Origin: Nageia nagi
Taxonomy: Eukaryota; Plantae; Pinophyta
Reading direction: 5' to 3'
Assembly (NCBI GenBank): GCA_050084985.1
Contig: JBITNC010000001.1
Span: 201,872,001-201,936,000, forward strand
Length of the DNA stretch: 64,000 bases
Shown here: positions 38,460-53,215 of the stretch, in pieces
How the letters are laid out: every line of letters starts with the position of its first letter
Numbering within the stretch: position 1 is the first letter of the stretch
Position numbers and translations under genes: made by a program
The notes under the pieces: model-generated
Seen by the model: only the letters and a program-made list of their open reading frames with translations
The model's database searches: none
Told to the model about the DNA's origin: nothing

Positions 38460-38950
38460 AGTTACATTTCCATATTTTACTACAACGTCAACAAAATATT
38501 TTCCTTTGTATGCAATTTCTTTGTTAATGGACCAAATAAATCACTTATTGCTTTAATTGCATATGGTCCAAGTCGTTTGAGCAAAGCTTTTATGAAAATC
38601 CCATTGATATGCTCTTCTTCATGCTCAGTAGTAATGCCTTGCCATACTTTCTTAAACCTAGGGATGAACTTAGCCAAACTTTCATTAGGACATTGTTGAA
38701 CTCCAGAAATCTACTAGGGTAGTTCTCTTCTTCATGTTATACCAATAATGCTCTACAAACTCTTTGGCTATTTCTTCATTGTTGTTCAATGACTCTGACA
38801 CCAACTTGTAAAACATTTTGATGCTTCACCTCTCAAACTCCTAGGAAAGAACCTAGCCATCAATTTTTTGTCGTACCCAAATCTGATACTACATTCTTCT
38901 TGGAATGTTAAAAGATGATGTTTGGGATCCTCCTACCCATTGAACAAATC
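38460..38950 (-). pseudogene. Degenerate retrotransposon gag fragment (non-chromovirus type)
   Basis: Reads YDKKLMARFFPRSLRGEASK..., then AKFIPRFKKVWQ..FIKALL, a Retrotrans_gag-like pattern. Confidence 0.55.
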
Positions 38951-41900
38951 AAATTTTGGATTTTTATAGTCTGTTGGTGTAGCCAAGTCACGACTATAGG
39001 TACAACACCTGATATTAAGCTGATGCAGGCATTAAATAGGCTACAAATGGAGTCAGAATTGGGATACAGCGATAATCCCATTGCATGCAAGTATCAACTC
39101 CAAAATTCTCATCAAGATGGATGACATCAAAATACTAAAATATACGCTAAATATGAGGTCAACGCTAGCTCAAGCTAAGATGACTAGAACTCCCGGATAT
39201 AGATGAGCATGCATGGACATGCTCACCCAAGCTGTTAGTATTGTTGGAAGATGAACAACTGTTGCAAAGCATGTGAACAGACTCAAACAAGACCAACTCA
39301 CAGTACCAAGCATGTGGATTGATTGGAAGGAGATAGGACAATGAAAATCACCATTTGTAAAGCAGAAGACTAAAGGTTTTTGTAACTGATATGTATGATA
39401 ATTTCATGACCACCATGCATTACAAAAGGAAACAAAGGTCATTGTGTCAAAGGTCAAATTTTCAAGAGTATGCCATTTTGTTTAAATAAAGTTGTATTAT
39501 CATTATTATATAATTCATAGTTTTTTTACCTTCTCCAAATTGATATTGTCGTATACATTTATCGTTGATGAAGGCATGTAGAGGTTGGTAATATTTAGGA
39601 TTATGCTAGTTTTTTGGATTACTTCAATTGAGATATGTGTCTATTAGGCCAAATTTTATTGTGAAGATAAGCTATTCACTTATTTGAATCGGTGGTTGTT
39701 ATTTGCATACAATCCACCTCCCCCCTGCTTTTGGTTTCCCTAAATCTTATCCATTTCTACTCTTTTCTTCCTAACCCTATCTATTTTTGAACTTTCTTCT
39801 TCTCCACTCAATTTCTAATGAGTACAAATAGTACCAAAGGTTGATCAACAGTGTACTTTTCTAGCATGCCACCACCTTTGAGTTTATTGTTGATAAGATC
39901 TAAAGTGTGATCTTACTGGCAATTCCACTGTAAGATCCAATTCAGAATGTTTGTGCTTACAAAATTCAGAGCAATAAAGCTCAAAGAACCCCCATAGTTC
40001 TTTGTATTATTTGATTCTACCTCTATAGGCCAAAGGAAGACTTGGTCTCTTTCTCTTGATAAAAAATCCCACTCCTCTACAAGTTATAATCCCGAACCCA
40101 CCTCCCTTAAGAATGATGATTGCACGTATCATCTTGATATATCGTTGCTATCATAGTTGTAAAAATTGTCAGTTAATCGCAAAAAATCACAATCAGCCAA
40201 GAAGATGATTTTTTTCAAACCGATTTCAATTCCGATTCCTGAAATTTTTGCTGATGTGGCAATTTTTTCCCAAAAATTGCAATTCTGATTCAGTTTTTTT
40301 GCCAAAAAATCAGATTTTCATTTGGTGGCAGCTAGGAGGATAAAAAGGTCAAATCTGATTTTTTTTCACTTTTTCTTGCAAACAAAAGAAGGGAGGAGCT
40401 AGGAGAAACATCATTTCCATGATTTCAACCAGATTCCATCCAAATAAGTTCTAAAGATTTTTCCAAGAAATTTCTAGTTTTGTTGGGTATTTTTCTCCAA
40501 TCTTTTTGTTTTTTTTTCTAGTTTGTCTATTAATTTTAGTAGGTATTCTTGCTATTTTTTCCAGTGTCTATGATTGCTTGCCCCATGTGACTTTTTCTTT
40601 TTTATACCTGCAACTATGAGTTCTTCACAAGGACAAGGAACAAAGAGGGGCCCTGCTTTGGCTTATATGACAGCAACTGATATAAAAGGCAGCAACATTT
40701 GCAATTTTTGCAATGAAACTATTGTGGGAGGGGCATTTAGGATGAAATTTCATTTAGCAAAAGATTACTAGGCAAAATGTTAGACCTTGCCCCCATGTGG
40801 ATGTTGATGTCCAAAGGTAAATAATTGTCTACTTGGAGACTCAAGCAAAAAAAAGGGAGACAAGAAATGAAACACAAACACAAATGGCTAGACCTCCATC
40901 TCCTCGACCTTCAGGTCCTCCACCCCCAGGGTTTCTTTCGATGACTATCCAAGAAGAAGGTAGTGCCACTATAGAAAAAACCACTACCGGTAGGGATAGG
41001 CATTCTACACCACCTTTTGCAGATGCTAGTAGTGCATTGAGGTGTAATTTTTTTGCACCTTATGATGGCCAGTCCACACTTGATGCAGCATGGTATAATG
41101 AAAAGTTTATAGAAGCTAGAAAAGCAATGGATATTTATTGTATTTCTCTGATATTCCATTCTATGTGGCAAACTTGCCATATTGGGAGTATATGGTTGTA
41201 ACAATTGCAGCTTGTGGTCCTAGGTTCAAGGTATCAACTTACCATGATTTGAGTGGACCTATACTAGATGTTGTTTACGACATTATGAAAGTTATTGAGG
41301 AGCAAAGAAAGATTTGAAAAAAAAGTAGCATTTTCAATGATGCTTGGAATGATAGGGCTGGACAAGATTTGTTGAACTTTTTGGTTTCTTCTTCAGGAGA
41401 CCTAGTCTTCCTAATGTCAGTGGATGCATCAAGACAAAGAAAAACTAATGATTATTTATTTGGCCAACTGTGAGAGGTCATTGAGTATGTGAGGGTTGAA
41501 AACGTTGTCCAGGTAAATTTTAAACAATAAATTTTCTATCTAGATTCTATTTCATTTTCGTTTATTATATTTTATGGAAGTTATCTTTTTTTTTTTAATA
41601 ATTAATTCATTTTTATTTTTGTTTTATATTTGTGTAATTGCAGGTTATCACAAATAACCTTATTACATATGTTTCAGTAGGGAAAATGATTGAGGATGAA
41701 TATCCCACCATTGCTTGGACTCCTTATGTTGCACATGTTCTCAATTTAATTCTTGAGGATATTGGAAAGACTAACTGGGTCAAGAATGTGGTAGAAAAAA
41801 CAAAAAATATCACCAAGTTTATCTACAATCATTCTTGGGTCCTCCATTTGATGACGACAGACTTCATAGAGGGAAGGGACCTAGTATGTCCAAATAAATT

Positions 41901-42027
41901 TTCATTTCATTTATTTTCAGCTTTTTGAATTTTTCATTTAAATAAAATTTTGAATTTTGCATGCAGAGGTTACACAATTTGCAACATCATTTCTTTCTTT
42001 GCAGAGTGTTTATAACAAACAAATTGT

Positions 42028-43262
42028 TGTGACGTCCCATTTTGACCAATGATAAAATGTATCATGGTCACTTTGTATTCTAGTGTTTGTTTAGGGTCAT
42101 GTTGTACTTGTGTAACTCAAGCAAGAGCTTATGGTCTGCGGACCCCACTGTGAGCCCAGTAATGGGACATCTCTCCTTGAGTAGTGTTGTGTTAATTGTA
42201 ATGGGTTATCTTGGATTGTGGGAATCCCTAGATAGGCATGAGTATTGTATAGTCCAGAGTGCACAGAGGAGCATACCAGCATTGGGAGGGCCCCACATAA
42301 CCCATGTTGGCTTATGAGGCTACTTGGACCCCCATGTCAGCTTAGGAGGCTCAATAGACCCCACGTCAACCTTGAGGGCCTTTATGACCCCCATGTTGAC
42401 ATACTAGGCCCATGGGACCCCCATGTTAGCATACTAGGCCAATATGACCCCCACGTTGGCATGGTTGACCTATTGACCCCAACATTGGATTATACTTGGC
42501 TTGGGATGATAACGAAGCATGACAGATGGACACAAGAGGCTATATATTGAGGATGGAGCTCCATGATGAGGTTAACTATTGATTATACTTCTTCTATACC
42601 GAACTCGGTTGGGTATTCAAGTCTTGGCAGCGCTGAGCATTATTCCTAGACGAGGTCTAGAGGAGTGGCAGAGTTGGGAGCCTTACATTCTACAGCTTAG
42701 GTGGGTCACCTAGCCCATCTGGTGGAATTCCAAGGACGAGCTTCTACCTTCAGTGGTTGCCAGTATTCAAGGAGACTCCTTCATAGGAGGGGATTCGAGT
42801 AGTTGAGGGAGTGAGTCTAATCCCGTTTGTATGTTCGACTTGTAAGGGTTTGGAACGCTGGATCCGATCTATTGAGATCCTCATCGTAGTCCATCTCCAT
42901 GCCATAATAAATTACATATTACGTCCCTCATCATTGTGTTGTCCATTGTATGTGTTGTGTATCTTATATACTGGTGTTGGAACCTTCGTCCTTGTGTTGT
43001 TCAATTTGTGTTGCATTCCTGGGTGTTCAAGCATTGCATATTTAGTTGTGAGGCATTCGTTGAGGTGCCAAGTGTTCGATACTGCCCTAGAGGGCTGACA
43101 TCAGGGTGTAGGGGTCACATGGAAGCCTTGGGAGGCTCACACCTGCATTGAAGTGGGTTTGGGTGCCCTAGGGCCCAACGTGGATGTGTTTGCATCATTG
43201 GTTGAGGGTTTGAATGTCCTAGTTGGAATTGATTTTGCCGAGGGTGATTTTAGGTCATCACA
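42028..43262 (+). mobile_element. Solo LTR (B1 family)
   Basis: TGTGACGTCCC...CATCACA; TSD ATTGT/ACTGC differs by two C/T transitions. The transposase frame resumes after it. Confidence 0.88.
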
Positions 43263-44116
43263 ACTGCATTGAAGTAAATGTTTGTGCACAACAAGTGGAC
43301 GGAGTTCAGATATGCACGTGAACCAGACGACAAGAATGTCATTAGTGTAGTCTTTAATGATGATTATAGTATAGCAACCCATCAAGTTATTAAATTATAA
43401 TTTTATTTCAAATTTTCAAATTTTTATTATCAATATTTAATCAATTAATTTTTTTATTAATTTAGTTGCATAATTTACTTTACAAATTACAAAGCCCTTA
43501 GTGAAAACGTTTCACCTTGTGGACTTCAACAGCTTCCATGGGGTACCTGTACGAAGCAATGGATAGGGCCAAGGAGGCCACAGAGGCTTTCTATGTTTAT
43601 GATGCAACCAAGTTTCGTCATAGTTGGGATATGATAGATCGTAGGTGGAATCATCAATTGCATAAGCCTCTAAATGTAGCGGGGTTGTACTTGAACCCAA
43701 ATTCTTCTATAGGGAAAGATTTGAACATAAGAATGGAAAGATTAATAAAGGAGCTTAAAGATTTTGATTTCAATATTCAAGAATCAAGTTTGATTTTAAT
43801 TTTCAACTTAATTTTGATAGGAATTTACAGATCTTCACATGACCATTAAACGTCTGGTGACTAATGTGTATACTAAGTAAATAATTTTAAACAAAGAGAT
43901 TCAAAATTACAAAAGAACACAAGGATACTTGTTTGCATCCACAGAATGTGTAGATGCAAGGACATGTCTAGCTCGAGGTAACAAAATGCATTCTAATTTT
44001 TGTAACTGAATTGATGGATTGTTAACAAATTAAAAAGTGAAAATCTTATTATTATTATTTTTCAAATCTATGGTCGAAGGATTATAGTGGCTATCAAAAT
44101 CTTATCCCAACCATGT

Positions 44117-47100
44117 TGTAATGCCCAAAAAATAAATATTTTTGTAAATGTCTCCTACACTTAATTATGAAAGTGAAAAGGGGCTCATGTGACTAGGAGA
44201 CATAACATTAAATTATTTTCATTTATTTTTTATTTCTTTATGTTGTACTAAGGCACTTTAAGTCAAATTAGGGTTTGGGGATGTCAACTTGAAATTAGAT
44301 CCTCAAGCTATATAAGAGGATGGAGCGTCCCATTTTGAGTATGTATTTGCTATTATATGACTTTGTATCTGAAACCCTAGGTTTTTTGAGAAAGGTTGCA
44401 CCCTACTCAAACTCCACCATTGTTTAGGAGATGTGCCCTAGCTCTATTGGAGGCATTTGCAGTTGACAAGAGATGAGCCCTGCTGTTGCATTTGCAAACT
44501 AAGGAGATGTGCCCTTAGTCGCTTGAAATTGCTGTGGAAGAAATCCAACCAGTTCGTGGTGATTTTGGTTTTGTGTTTTGTGCCCTTGCTGCCCTAGAAG
44601 GGGTTTCCAGCTTTGTGAGCAATATTCAGCCAACTTTTTGTGTTTTTTGAGTTAATAGAAACCATAACGAGGGTTTATCCCACACTAGGGAGCTTTCCAA
44701 TTCATTTTATGTTCATATTTGAGTACCCTTTTGGATGCTCTTTCATTCTATCCATTCAGAAATTAATGCAATTCCATCCTGACTGATTTTTCTAATTGTG
44801 ACGCAACATTTATGCTAATTTCTATGTTTGAGTATCCAGTTTTGTGTAAAAATCAGCAATGAGTCATTTCAAGTGGTATCAAAGCTAGTATCTTGCTAGC
44901 CTGTGGTAGATCTAGCGTTTTTTTGTGTGGGTATCCCAGTTTTCGAGTTTTTCCAAGTTAGGGTTTCTAAAAAATTAGGATTTTCAGAAAAATTTTGTGG
45001 GTACTGTTGATTTGTGGTTAAAACTTATTTTCTATGGTCAAAAACAAGGTTCGCCCAATTTTTTGGTGCAATTTGGTGCCCTAGATCTAAAAATTGAGGG
45101 TTTATGCCTTTCGATTACATCTACATTCGCAGCAAAAAGAGGCAAGAACAGCAAGAGGAAGAAATGGCAGATGAAACTGTGCCTCCTTTGATGACCCAAA
45201 TGGTGCGCAAGCAGGATGAGGCCTTACAACTGGCAAGATCTAAAGAGCCTAGGGCTGAAGCATCTAAAAGGACTCATGGGGAGGAATCCTCAACCAACTC
45301 TCACACTCCCTTGCCCAAACCATCTAAGTCCATGTTCATCTCAAAATCCCTAATGGAGGTTAATGATATTCAAGGTGACTTAGACGAATTGTTTATGGAG
45401 TACTTTGAGAAACCAGAAAATTTCAGAGTTGTAGCAAGCTTTGATAGGTACCTGAAAATCATTGGGTAGAACGTTCGAGAGGCTAAAAAGGAGAACAAGA
45501 AATTGCACCAAAAGATGACCATCCCTACATTCAATGGACAAGATGGGTTGTCAGCTAGGGCATGGTTGCAAAAGCTTCAGACATATTTTTCCTTGGACCC
45601 TATAGCTGAAGAAGATGTTGTTCAAATTGCTACGCTTCATCTTAAAGGTGGAGCATACTCATGGTGGCATCATGGTTTCGTAACCCAAGGGCATGGTGAG
45701 GTTTCTTTTTTTGAGGAATTTTGTCAAAGGTTACTAAATAGATTTGAAACGAAAGATGTGGAGGAGTCTTTCAAGGAACTTGCGACACTCAAACAAACTT
45801 CTTCTTTGAGTGAGTATATTGAGAGTTTTGAGCAGATTGTTTTCCAAGCACAAAGCATCTCTCCAAAAAGGGTTATTTTCTTGTTTGTTGATGAGTTGTT
45901 GGAGCCATTGAAGGGTCTTGTGAAAGCCTTTGAACCAGCCACTCTTGAAGATGCAATCAACAGAGCCATGAACCTTGAATCTATCATGCCACCAAGGCAG
46001 AAATATGTAGCATACAATAACCCTGCAAAACTACCATTTTCAGCCAAAAATACAAGCTTTGGACAACCTAGAAGTGCGACATCCCACTTTGGGAGGGAGA
46101 AGAATGCAATGGAGAAGCCAGAAATACCATATGGAGCTTCAAAAGCACCTTTCAAGCCCTCTAGAAACCCTACGTAGCAACCAAAGATGAGCATCCATGA
46201 GAGAGGCAAACTTAGGAGGAAGCATCTTTGCTTCTCTTGCAAGACTCCTTGGACACCTGGCCATAAATGCCAAGAAAAGGGCATGCATTTGATTGAAATG
46301 CATTCAGAAAGTTCAGAGAGTGAAGAGGAAGAGGAGTACATGTCTTCTAAAGAGCTTGAAGAGTCTACACCACATGAAGAGCCCAAAGGAGGATCCCTTG
46401 CTACTTTTAGTGGGTTGAACCAATTCAGAACTATCAAGGTTCCAAGAAAGGCTTTGGGTGAAAAGGTAATGCTCCTAATTGATGGTGGTGCTACTTATAA
46501 TTTTGTTGATGAAAAATTTATAGCATGTCAAAAACTGAAAACAAAAATCATTCCTGGTTTTAATGTTGCAATTGGAAATAGTGATTTAATTCCTTGCAAC
46601 AAGCTAGTTAGGCATTTGAAAATCAATTTTGGGAGTTATGAGGTGGATGAACAATTTTTTCTTTTTCCCTTGGGTGGTATGCCTCACATGGTTCTAGGAG
46701 TCAATGGCTTTGGTCTCATGGTGATTATGTTACTAATTATCAAAAATTCGAGCTGAAATTTGTGTTAGATGGGAAGAATATAGTGCTGCGTGGAGTTAGG
46801 GACAATTCCACCAAGGATGCATGCAATATTTTGATGGTGTCCTACAAGTGCATGGAGAAGTTAGTGCACCATAAGGACAATATGTGGGCTGCTGTAACAT
46901 TTCAGGCTGAAGGTAAAAATACTTCCACTACACACCCTCATATTCATGCTATTTTGCACAAGCATAGAAAGATTTTTGAGGATTTACCTAAAGGTTTGCC
47001 ACGTAGTAGAGGATTTCAGCATGTTATTGAGTTGGAACCCAATAGCAAACCTGTGAGAATTAGGCCATATAGACATCCTAAGGTTTTCAAAGATGACATT

Positions 47101-50100
47101 GAGAAAACCATTAATGAACTCTTGGAGTGTGGGTTCGTTAAGCCTAGTTGTAGTCCCTTTGCTTCACCTGTTGTATTAGTGAAGAAGAAAGATGGCACTA
47201 TGAGAATGTGCATTCATTATAGGGCCTTGAATAAAAAGACATTAAAAAATATGTATCCCATCCCTAGAGTTGATGAGCTTATTGATGAATTGCACAGGGC
47301 TAACTACTTTTCAAAAATTGATCTTAGATCAGGCTACCATCAAATTTGCATGTGGGAAAAAGACATCCCAAAGACTACTTTCAGGTGTCATTTTCGGCAT
47401 TTTGAATTTATAGTTATGCCCTTTGGTTTGACTAATGCACCTGCCACTTTCCAATCAGCCATGAATCAAATTTTTAGTAAGCAAGGAAGTTTGTGTTGGT
47501 ATTTTTGATGATATTTTGATTTATAGTAAGTCTTGGGATGAGCACTTACAGCATTTGGATGCAATTTTAAACATTCTAGAATAGCAAAAATTTTATGCTA
47601 AACAGTCCAAGTGTGATTTTGCTATGACTGAAATTTTGTAATTTAGGACATGTGGTCAGTCAAGAAGGTGTACAGGTTGACAAAGAAAAAATTGCAGCAG
47701 TACAAAAATGGCCAACCCCTACGAACTTGACTGAATTGAGAGGTTTCATTGGTCTTTGCAGTTACTACAAAAGGTTCATTAAGGTTGTTTCTTCCTTGGC
47801 TGCCCCACTTATAGAATTGACTAAGAAAGGAGCTTTCTCATGGTCTAATGATACTTTGGTAGCATTCTTGAAGCTGAAGGAAATCATAACTACTACTCCT
47901 TTACTTGCTATTCCTGATTTTTCTATTCCTTTCACTATTGCTTGTGATGCTTCAGGTTTAGAAGTTGTAGCCATACTTATGCAAAAAGGGTGTCCCATTG
48001 CCTATGAGAGTAGGAAGTTCACCAAGGAGGAGCGCACCTTTAGCATCTATGACAAAGAGATGCTAGCCATTATGCATGCCTTGATCAAGTTCAAGCAATA
48101 CTTGGTATGTGGTAAGTTTGTGGGCAAGAGTGATCATAACAGTTTGAAATATTTCTTTGGGCAATCTGAACTAAATGAAAGACAACAAAATGGGTTACTA
48201 AGTTGCAATCCTATGATTTCAAAATTGAATTTGTGAAAGGGAAGAAGAATTTTGCAGCTGATGCATTGTCTAGATCCCCCCATTTTCATTTTATATCAGT
48301 TATTTCAGCAGATTGGAAGGTTACAATTATGGATGAATATGTTAAAAATGCATGGACTTCTAAACTTATTGATGGCAGCCTTTTAGATGACACGTACAGC
48401 CTTAGAGAAGGGCTAATTTTTTATAAAAACAAAATTTTTATCGTACCTGAATCCAAAGTAAAAGAGAGGCATATACATTCCCTACATGATGCACCACTTA
48501 TTGGTGCGTGACAAGTTCACTTGGAAGGGGCTGAAAAATGACATTCTCAAGCATGTGCGTGAATGCCAAGTTTGCCAAACAAACAAGACGAAAAACACAC
48601 TTCTTGCAGGGTTACTACAACCATTGCCAATCCCAAATCAAAAATGGGAGTGTGTCCATGGACTTCATCACAGGACTTCTCAAGCTATACATGAGAGATT
48701 GCATCTTGGTAGTGGTTGATAGGCTTACTAAATTTGCTCATTTCTTTGCAATTTCGACCACTTACACAGCCATGCAAGTTGCTGATTTGTTTTTTTGAGA
48801 AGTTTGCGTATTGCATGGGTTGCCAATTACTATAGTTAGTGATAGGGACAGCGGGTTCCTAAGCTTGTTTTGGCAAGAACTGTTCAAACTATGTGGTACT
48901 AAACTCACTTCTAGCACTAGCTATCACCCTCAAACTGATGGACAAACTAAAAATGTGAATAAATGGGTTGAAGGTTACTTGAGGAATTATGTTTCCAGCC
49001 ATCAAAATGCATGGGTTAAGTGGCTGCACATGGGTGAATTCTGTTATAATTCCTCTTATCATATGTCCATTCAAATGTCTCCTTTCAAAGCTCTTTATGG
49101 TTATGATGCTCCAAATTTTACTGATTTGTTGTTGAGTGATAGTAGGGTGCCTAGAGCCCAAGCTTTCATTGCAGAATACCAAGACATCATGAGAACATTG
49201 AAGAACAACATTCAGATTGCATAGAATCAACAGAAGAAATATGCATACCAGAGAAGGGTGGAGCGCTCATTTCAGAAAGGAGACATGGTTTATGTGAGGC
49301 TTCAGCCTTACAAGCAATCCTCTTTGAAGAAAAGTGGTTTAGAGAAGCTTAAACCACATTTTTATGGTCCTTTTAAGGTGCTGCGCAAGATTGGTGAAAT
49401 GGCCTATGTGTTGGAGTTGCCGAAGGAAAGCAGTATTCACAATGTTTTCTATGTTTTATGTCTAAAAAAGGCATTGGGACAGCAGTTACAACCACTTTCA
49501 AAGTTGCCTCCTTTGGATGATGTGGGAAAATTAGTGATTGAACCTGAATTGATCCTAGAGACAAGGGAGAAGAATTTGAAGAGCAGAATTCTCAAAGAAT
49601 ATCTTGTGAAGTGGCATGATTTACCACTTGATGACGCTACATGGGAGGGTGCTGAAATTTTCAACCATCCAGTCTTGCAGTTGCTTGAGGACAAGCAATT
49701 TGAGGACAGTAGACTTGTAATGTCCCAAAAATAAATATTTTTGTAAATGTCTCTTACACTTAATTATGAAAGTGAAAAGGAGCTCATGTGACTAGGAGAC
49801 ATAACATTAAGTTATTTTCATTTCTGTTTTATTTCTTTATGTTGTAATAAGGCACTTTAAGTCAAATTAGGGTTTGGAGATGTCAACTTGGAATTAGATC
49901 CTCAAGCTATATAAGAGGATGGAGCATCCCATTATGAGTATGTATTTGCTATTATATGACTTTGTATCTGAAACCCTAGGTTTCTTGAGGAAGGTTGTGC
50001 CCTACTCAAACTCCACCATTGTTTAAGAGATGTCCCCTAGCTCTGTTGGAAGCATTTGCAGTTGACAAGAGATGAGCCTTGCTATTGCATTTGCAAACTA

Positions 50101-50470
50101 AGGAGATGTGCCTTTAGTCACTTGAAATTGTTGTGGAAGAAATCCAGCTAGTTCATGGTGATTTTTGCTATTGTGTTTTGTGCCCTTGTTGCCCTAGAAG
50201 GGGTTTCCAACTTTGTGAGCAATATTCAGTCAGATTTCTGTGTTTTTTGAGTTAAGAGAAACCCTAAGGGGGTTTATCCCACTCTGGAGAGCTTTCCGAT
50301 TCATTTTATGTTCATATTTGAGTACCCTTTTGGATGTTCTTTCATTCTATCCATTCAAAAATTAATACAATTCTATCCTAACTGATTTTTCTAATTGCGA
50401 CACAACATTTGTGCTAATTTTTGTGTTTGCGTATCCAGTTTTGTGTAAAAATCAGAAATGAGTCATTTCA
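44117..50470 (+). mobile_element. Full-length Ty3/Gypsy chromovirus (Reina-like), decayed
   Basis: 755-bp LTRs at 44117-44871 and 49716-50470, perfect TSD CATGT, PBS TGGTATCAAAGC at 44874-44885, domain order gag-PR-RT-RH-IN-chromodomain. Confidence 0.96.
45104..49734 (+). pseudogene. gag-pol polyprotein with stops and frameshifts
   Basis: PR LIDGGATYNF; [27 protein letters not shown]; RNaseH IACDASG; IN SMDFITGL/SYHPQTDGQT; chromodomain EYLVKWHDLPLDDATWE. Confidence 0.95.
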
Positions 50471-51194
50471 CATGTAGTGTTGTTGGGTGTGAGCGAAATT
50501 GGAGCACTTTTGAGCATATACATTCAAAAAAGCGCACTAGACTGACCCAAGAGCCCTTGAATGATTTAGTTTTTGTGCATTACAACCTTCACCTCCGTCA
50601 AAGATTGATTAAAGGAACTAGTAGTGAGGCAATAGAGTTGGATGAAATTTACGCAAGTGAACTGTGGTCTTCATGGTTGAGGGATGTGTTAGAAGAGATT
50701 AGAGATTCTGATTTCTATTTTCAATTTAATGATAAGTTGATAACCTATTGAATTTGAATATTCAATATATTTTTTATTTTATTTTCTTTTGATGGGCATT
50801 TACAATTTTACAAGTTCAAGATTTTGATTTCATCTATCAAGATGTTGATAGGTTAGAAGAAGAAGCTATTGCAATGGCAAAGGAAGAGGAAAGGGCTAGA
50901 GAGGCAGAGTAAAGGGCTAGAGAGGAAGCAATAGAGTCACAACCACAAGTAGGGGATCCATCATATTCCCAAGAAATAGAACCTAAAGAAGAACCAATAA
51001 GAACCAGGGCTAGAGTACCAAAAAAAAGATTTCAGAAAGTGGAAACAAAAACAATATGGACGTTAAAATCTAGATAACAGTTTTGGTTCAAATTTTGTTT
51101 TGTGAACTTGGAAATCTTTGATGTGTTTTTGGTTCTTAGACATTCAATATGTGCTATAAAACTGAAACTCTACAATTTCCAATGCTACATTATG

Positions 51195-51989
51195 TGTGAT
51201 GTTCCCTTCTTGAAGTTGTTCCTTTCAAGGGTGATTTTGTAGCTAGGAGTATTTAATTATTAGTTGCATGTATTCTTAGCCATCATTGTAACATGGAATA
51301 GGAGACTTATGGGTCCCATGGACCAATTGTGAGCCCCAAAGTGGGACATCTCCCTCCTAGAGATAGATTAGAAGCATTTAAGTGTAGTATTGTGGATCCC
51401 AAGGCATAAGACATGATGAGAGGATGAGCGCATGATTTGATCTGATCTTGAGGCATGATGTGGACGCCCAAGCATGACATCTCCTTGATGAATGTGTAAG
51501 CGCCCATGCTTGAGGGAATCCTATTTATATGGTCGATGCAAGAGTAGGAAGGCATCATTGAGCACATTTGACATCTTTTATCTTCAAGTGGCAGCAACAT
51601 CTCTTGGGCCTCTTGTTGGACAAAAACCCAACATGGAGAAGGGTTTAGTGGGACGTAGCCCTCATTAGATCTTGGCGAAGGACGAAAACCCTTAGCCAAT
51701 CCAATCTTGCATCTCAAATCCAAGGGTTGAAGGCCCTAGCAGTGTGACATCAACATTTGGAAAGTATTGTGCCCTAGATTTGATCCTTTGAGGAAGACGT
51801 CAACCCTCTTGGGCCATTTTGGTTGTATCTTGTTCCATCATTGTTCAATACTAAGACATCAGCATAATTTCTCCATTTTGGCTTGTGCGTTGGGTATTTT
51901 TGTGGTAGAGTTTCTTGTTCTTGCCCAGTTCCTGAAGTATAACTTGATTTATTAATAATTTGGAAAAAGAATAATTTGGGAACATCACA
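51195..51989 (+). mobile_element. Solo LTR
   Basis: Perfect 12-bp terminal IR TGTGATGTTCCC/GGGAACATCACA and perfect TSD TTATG. Confidence 0.92.
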
Positions 51990-52249
51990 TTATGTTTTCA
52001 CTTATGTAATGTGTTATTTGATATGGAATGTTGTCTTATTTTATATGCAATGTTGAGAGATAGCTAAAAATGATTTGTTTCAATGTCAAATTGTAAAAAT
52101 TCCTTGGTTTTTCTTATTTGCCCATTTTTTGCTGATTCTTGATTAATTTGAATCCTCCAAGGCTCCAACCAAACAATTCTGATCCAATTCTGATTCTTAC
52201 AAGTACGTTGGCTAGAACAACGTTGGACCGCTAGATATTCAATATCCTC

Positions 52250-53215
52250 ATGAGATCCTAAAAGCTGCACTAAAAACTTTAGCTGAATTTGATGGGGAAG
52301 ATAGTGTACAAACACTGTCAAGATGTGGCTTCTATGGCCATAATTCATAACATCATGCATGATGATGTCATGCTAAGGTTATTGACCTTGTCTTTCAAGG
52401 GCAAAATATTAGTTTGGTAACATTGGTTGGCAAATAATGATGTAAGCACTTGGGCACAATTAGGTGAGCCATTTGTTCAAGAATTCAACAAGATCAATGA
52501 TCCATTTTCTCTTCTCACACAATTTACCTCTACCAAGAGACATACTCAATAGAACATTATCGATTTCAACATCTGGTTCTGAATGTGGAAGCGGATTCCA
52601 CAAGAGCTAAGTCCATCCGCTTCTCAAGCTTATATTTATTACCTTAGGGTTTTTGTTCTAAATTTGAGCTTGCAGATTCGACAAGCTAATGAAATGAGAT
52701 TCCCACAAGTTTAGGAAGTGGCTATTGTAGCTGAAAATGGTCTAATCTCGATGGGAAAATTACCTTCTAGAGTTACCAAGCCTTACTTTCTAGAAATTAC
52801 CCAACCCACCCAGCAGCCCCTGCTTCCTATTTTCTCAGCTCCTCCATTGGCTCCCCTGCCCACTATTTTGACATAGAAATTTTAACCTTAACCAACTATT
52901 CAAGATAAACCCTTCTTAGTCTTGTCGGCTCCAAAATCTAAAGAATCTACAAACATGCAAGAGCCAAAGGTAGTGATCAAGAATCTAGCGAATAAGCTCA
53001 CTATCATGGAAAGAAAAAACATAGAAAGAAGATTTGAAGGATACCAACAAAGAAGGCAACCTTGCGTCACAAAAGATCAAGGGACTTCTACAGGTAAAGT
53101 CAGAAGAACAAACTCAATGGCCAAAGAATCAAATGTTGAAGCTCCCACCTCTCAAGAAAAACACTGGTGCCTACTACCTACTTTGCAATGATCTACACAA
53201 TTAAGACACTTGCCT
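52250..53215 (+). pseudogene. Degenerate gag fragment (non-chromovirus type)
   Basis: Reads HDDVMLRLLTLSFKGK..W..VSTWAQLGEPFVQEF..IIDFNIWF, with a Cys/His knuckle remnant near 53165-53215. Confidence 0.6.

Larger units (their letters stand above)
40616..50750 (+). pseudogene. hAT transposase, disrupted, with short introns
   Basis: BED finger CNFC..FRMKFHLA; ENVVQ|VITNN..WTPYVAHVLNLILEDIGK; MGYLYEAMDRAKE..IDRRWNHQLHKPL; ILSQPC|SVVGCERNWSTFEHIHSKKR..LNDLVFVHYNL. Confidence 0.88.
40152..52207 (+). mobile_element. hAT DNA transposon (BED finger/DUF659/dimerisation type), interrupted by three LTR insertions
   Basis: Degenerate TIRs CATAGTTGTAAAAATT / GATTCTTACAAGTACG match 12/16. Subterminal (C/T)GATT repeats and transposase fragments present. 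TSD matches only 5/8. Confidence 0.75.

Noticed and set aside
45724-46437. 237-aa minus-strand ORF and similar plus-strand ORFs over 33143-36018
   Set aside because: They are antisense shadows of gag or of the LTR-borne ORF.
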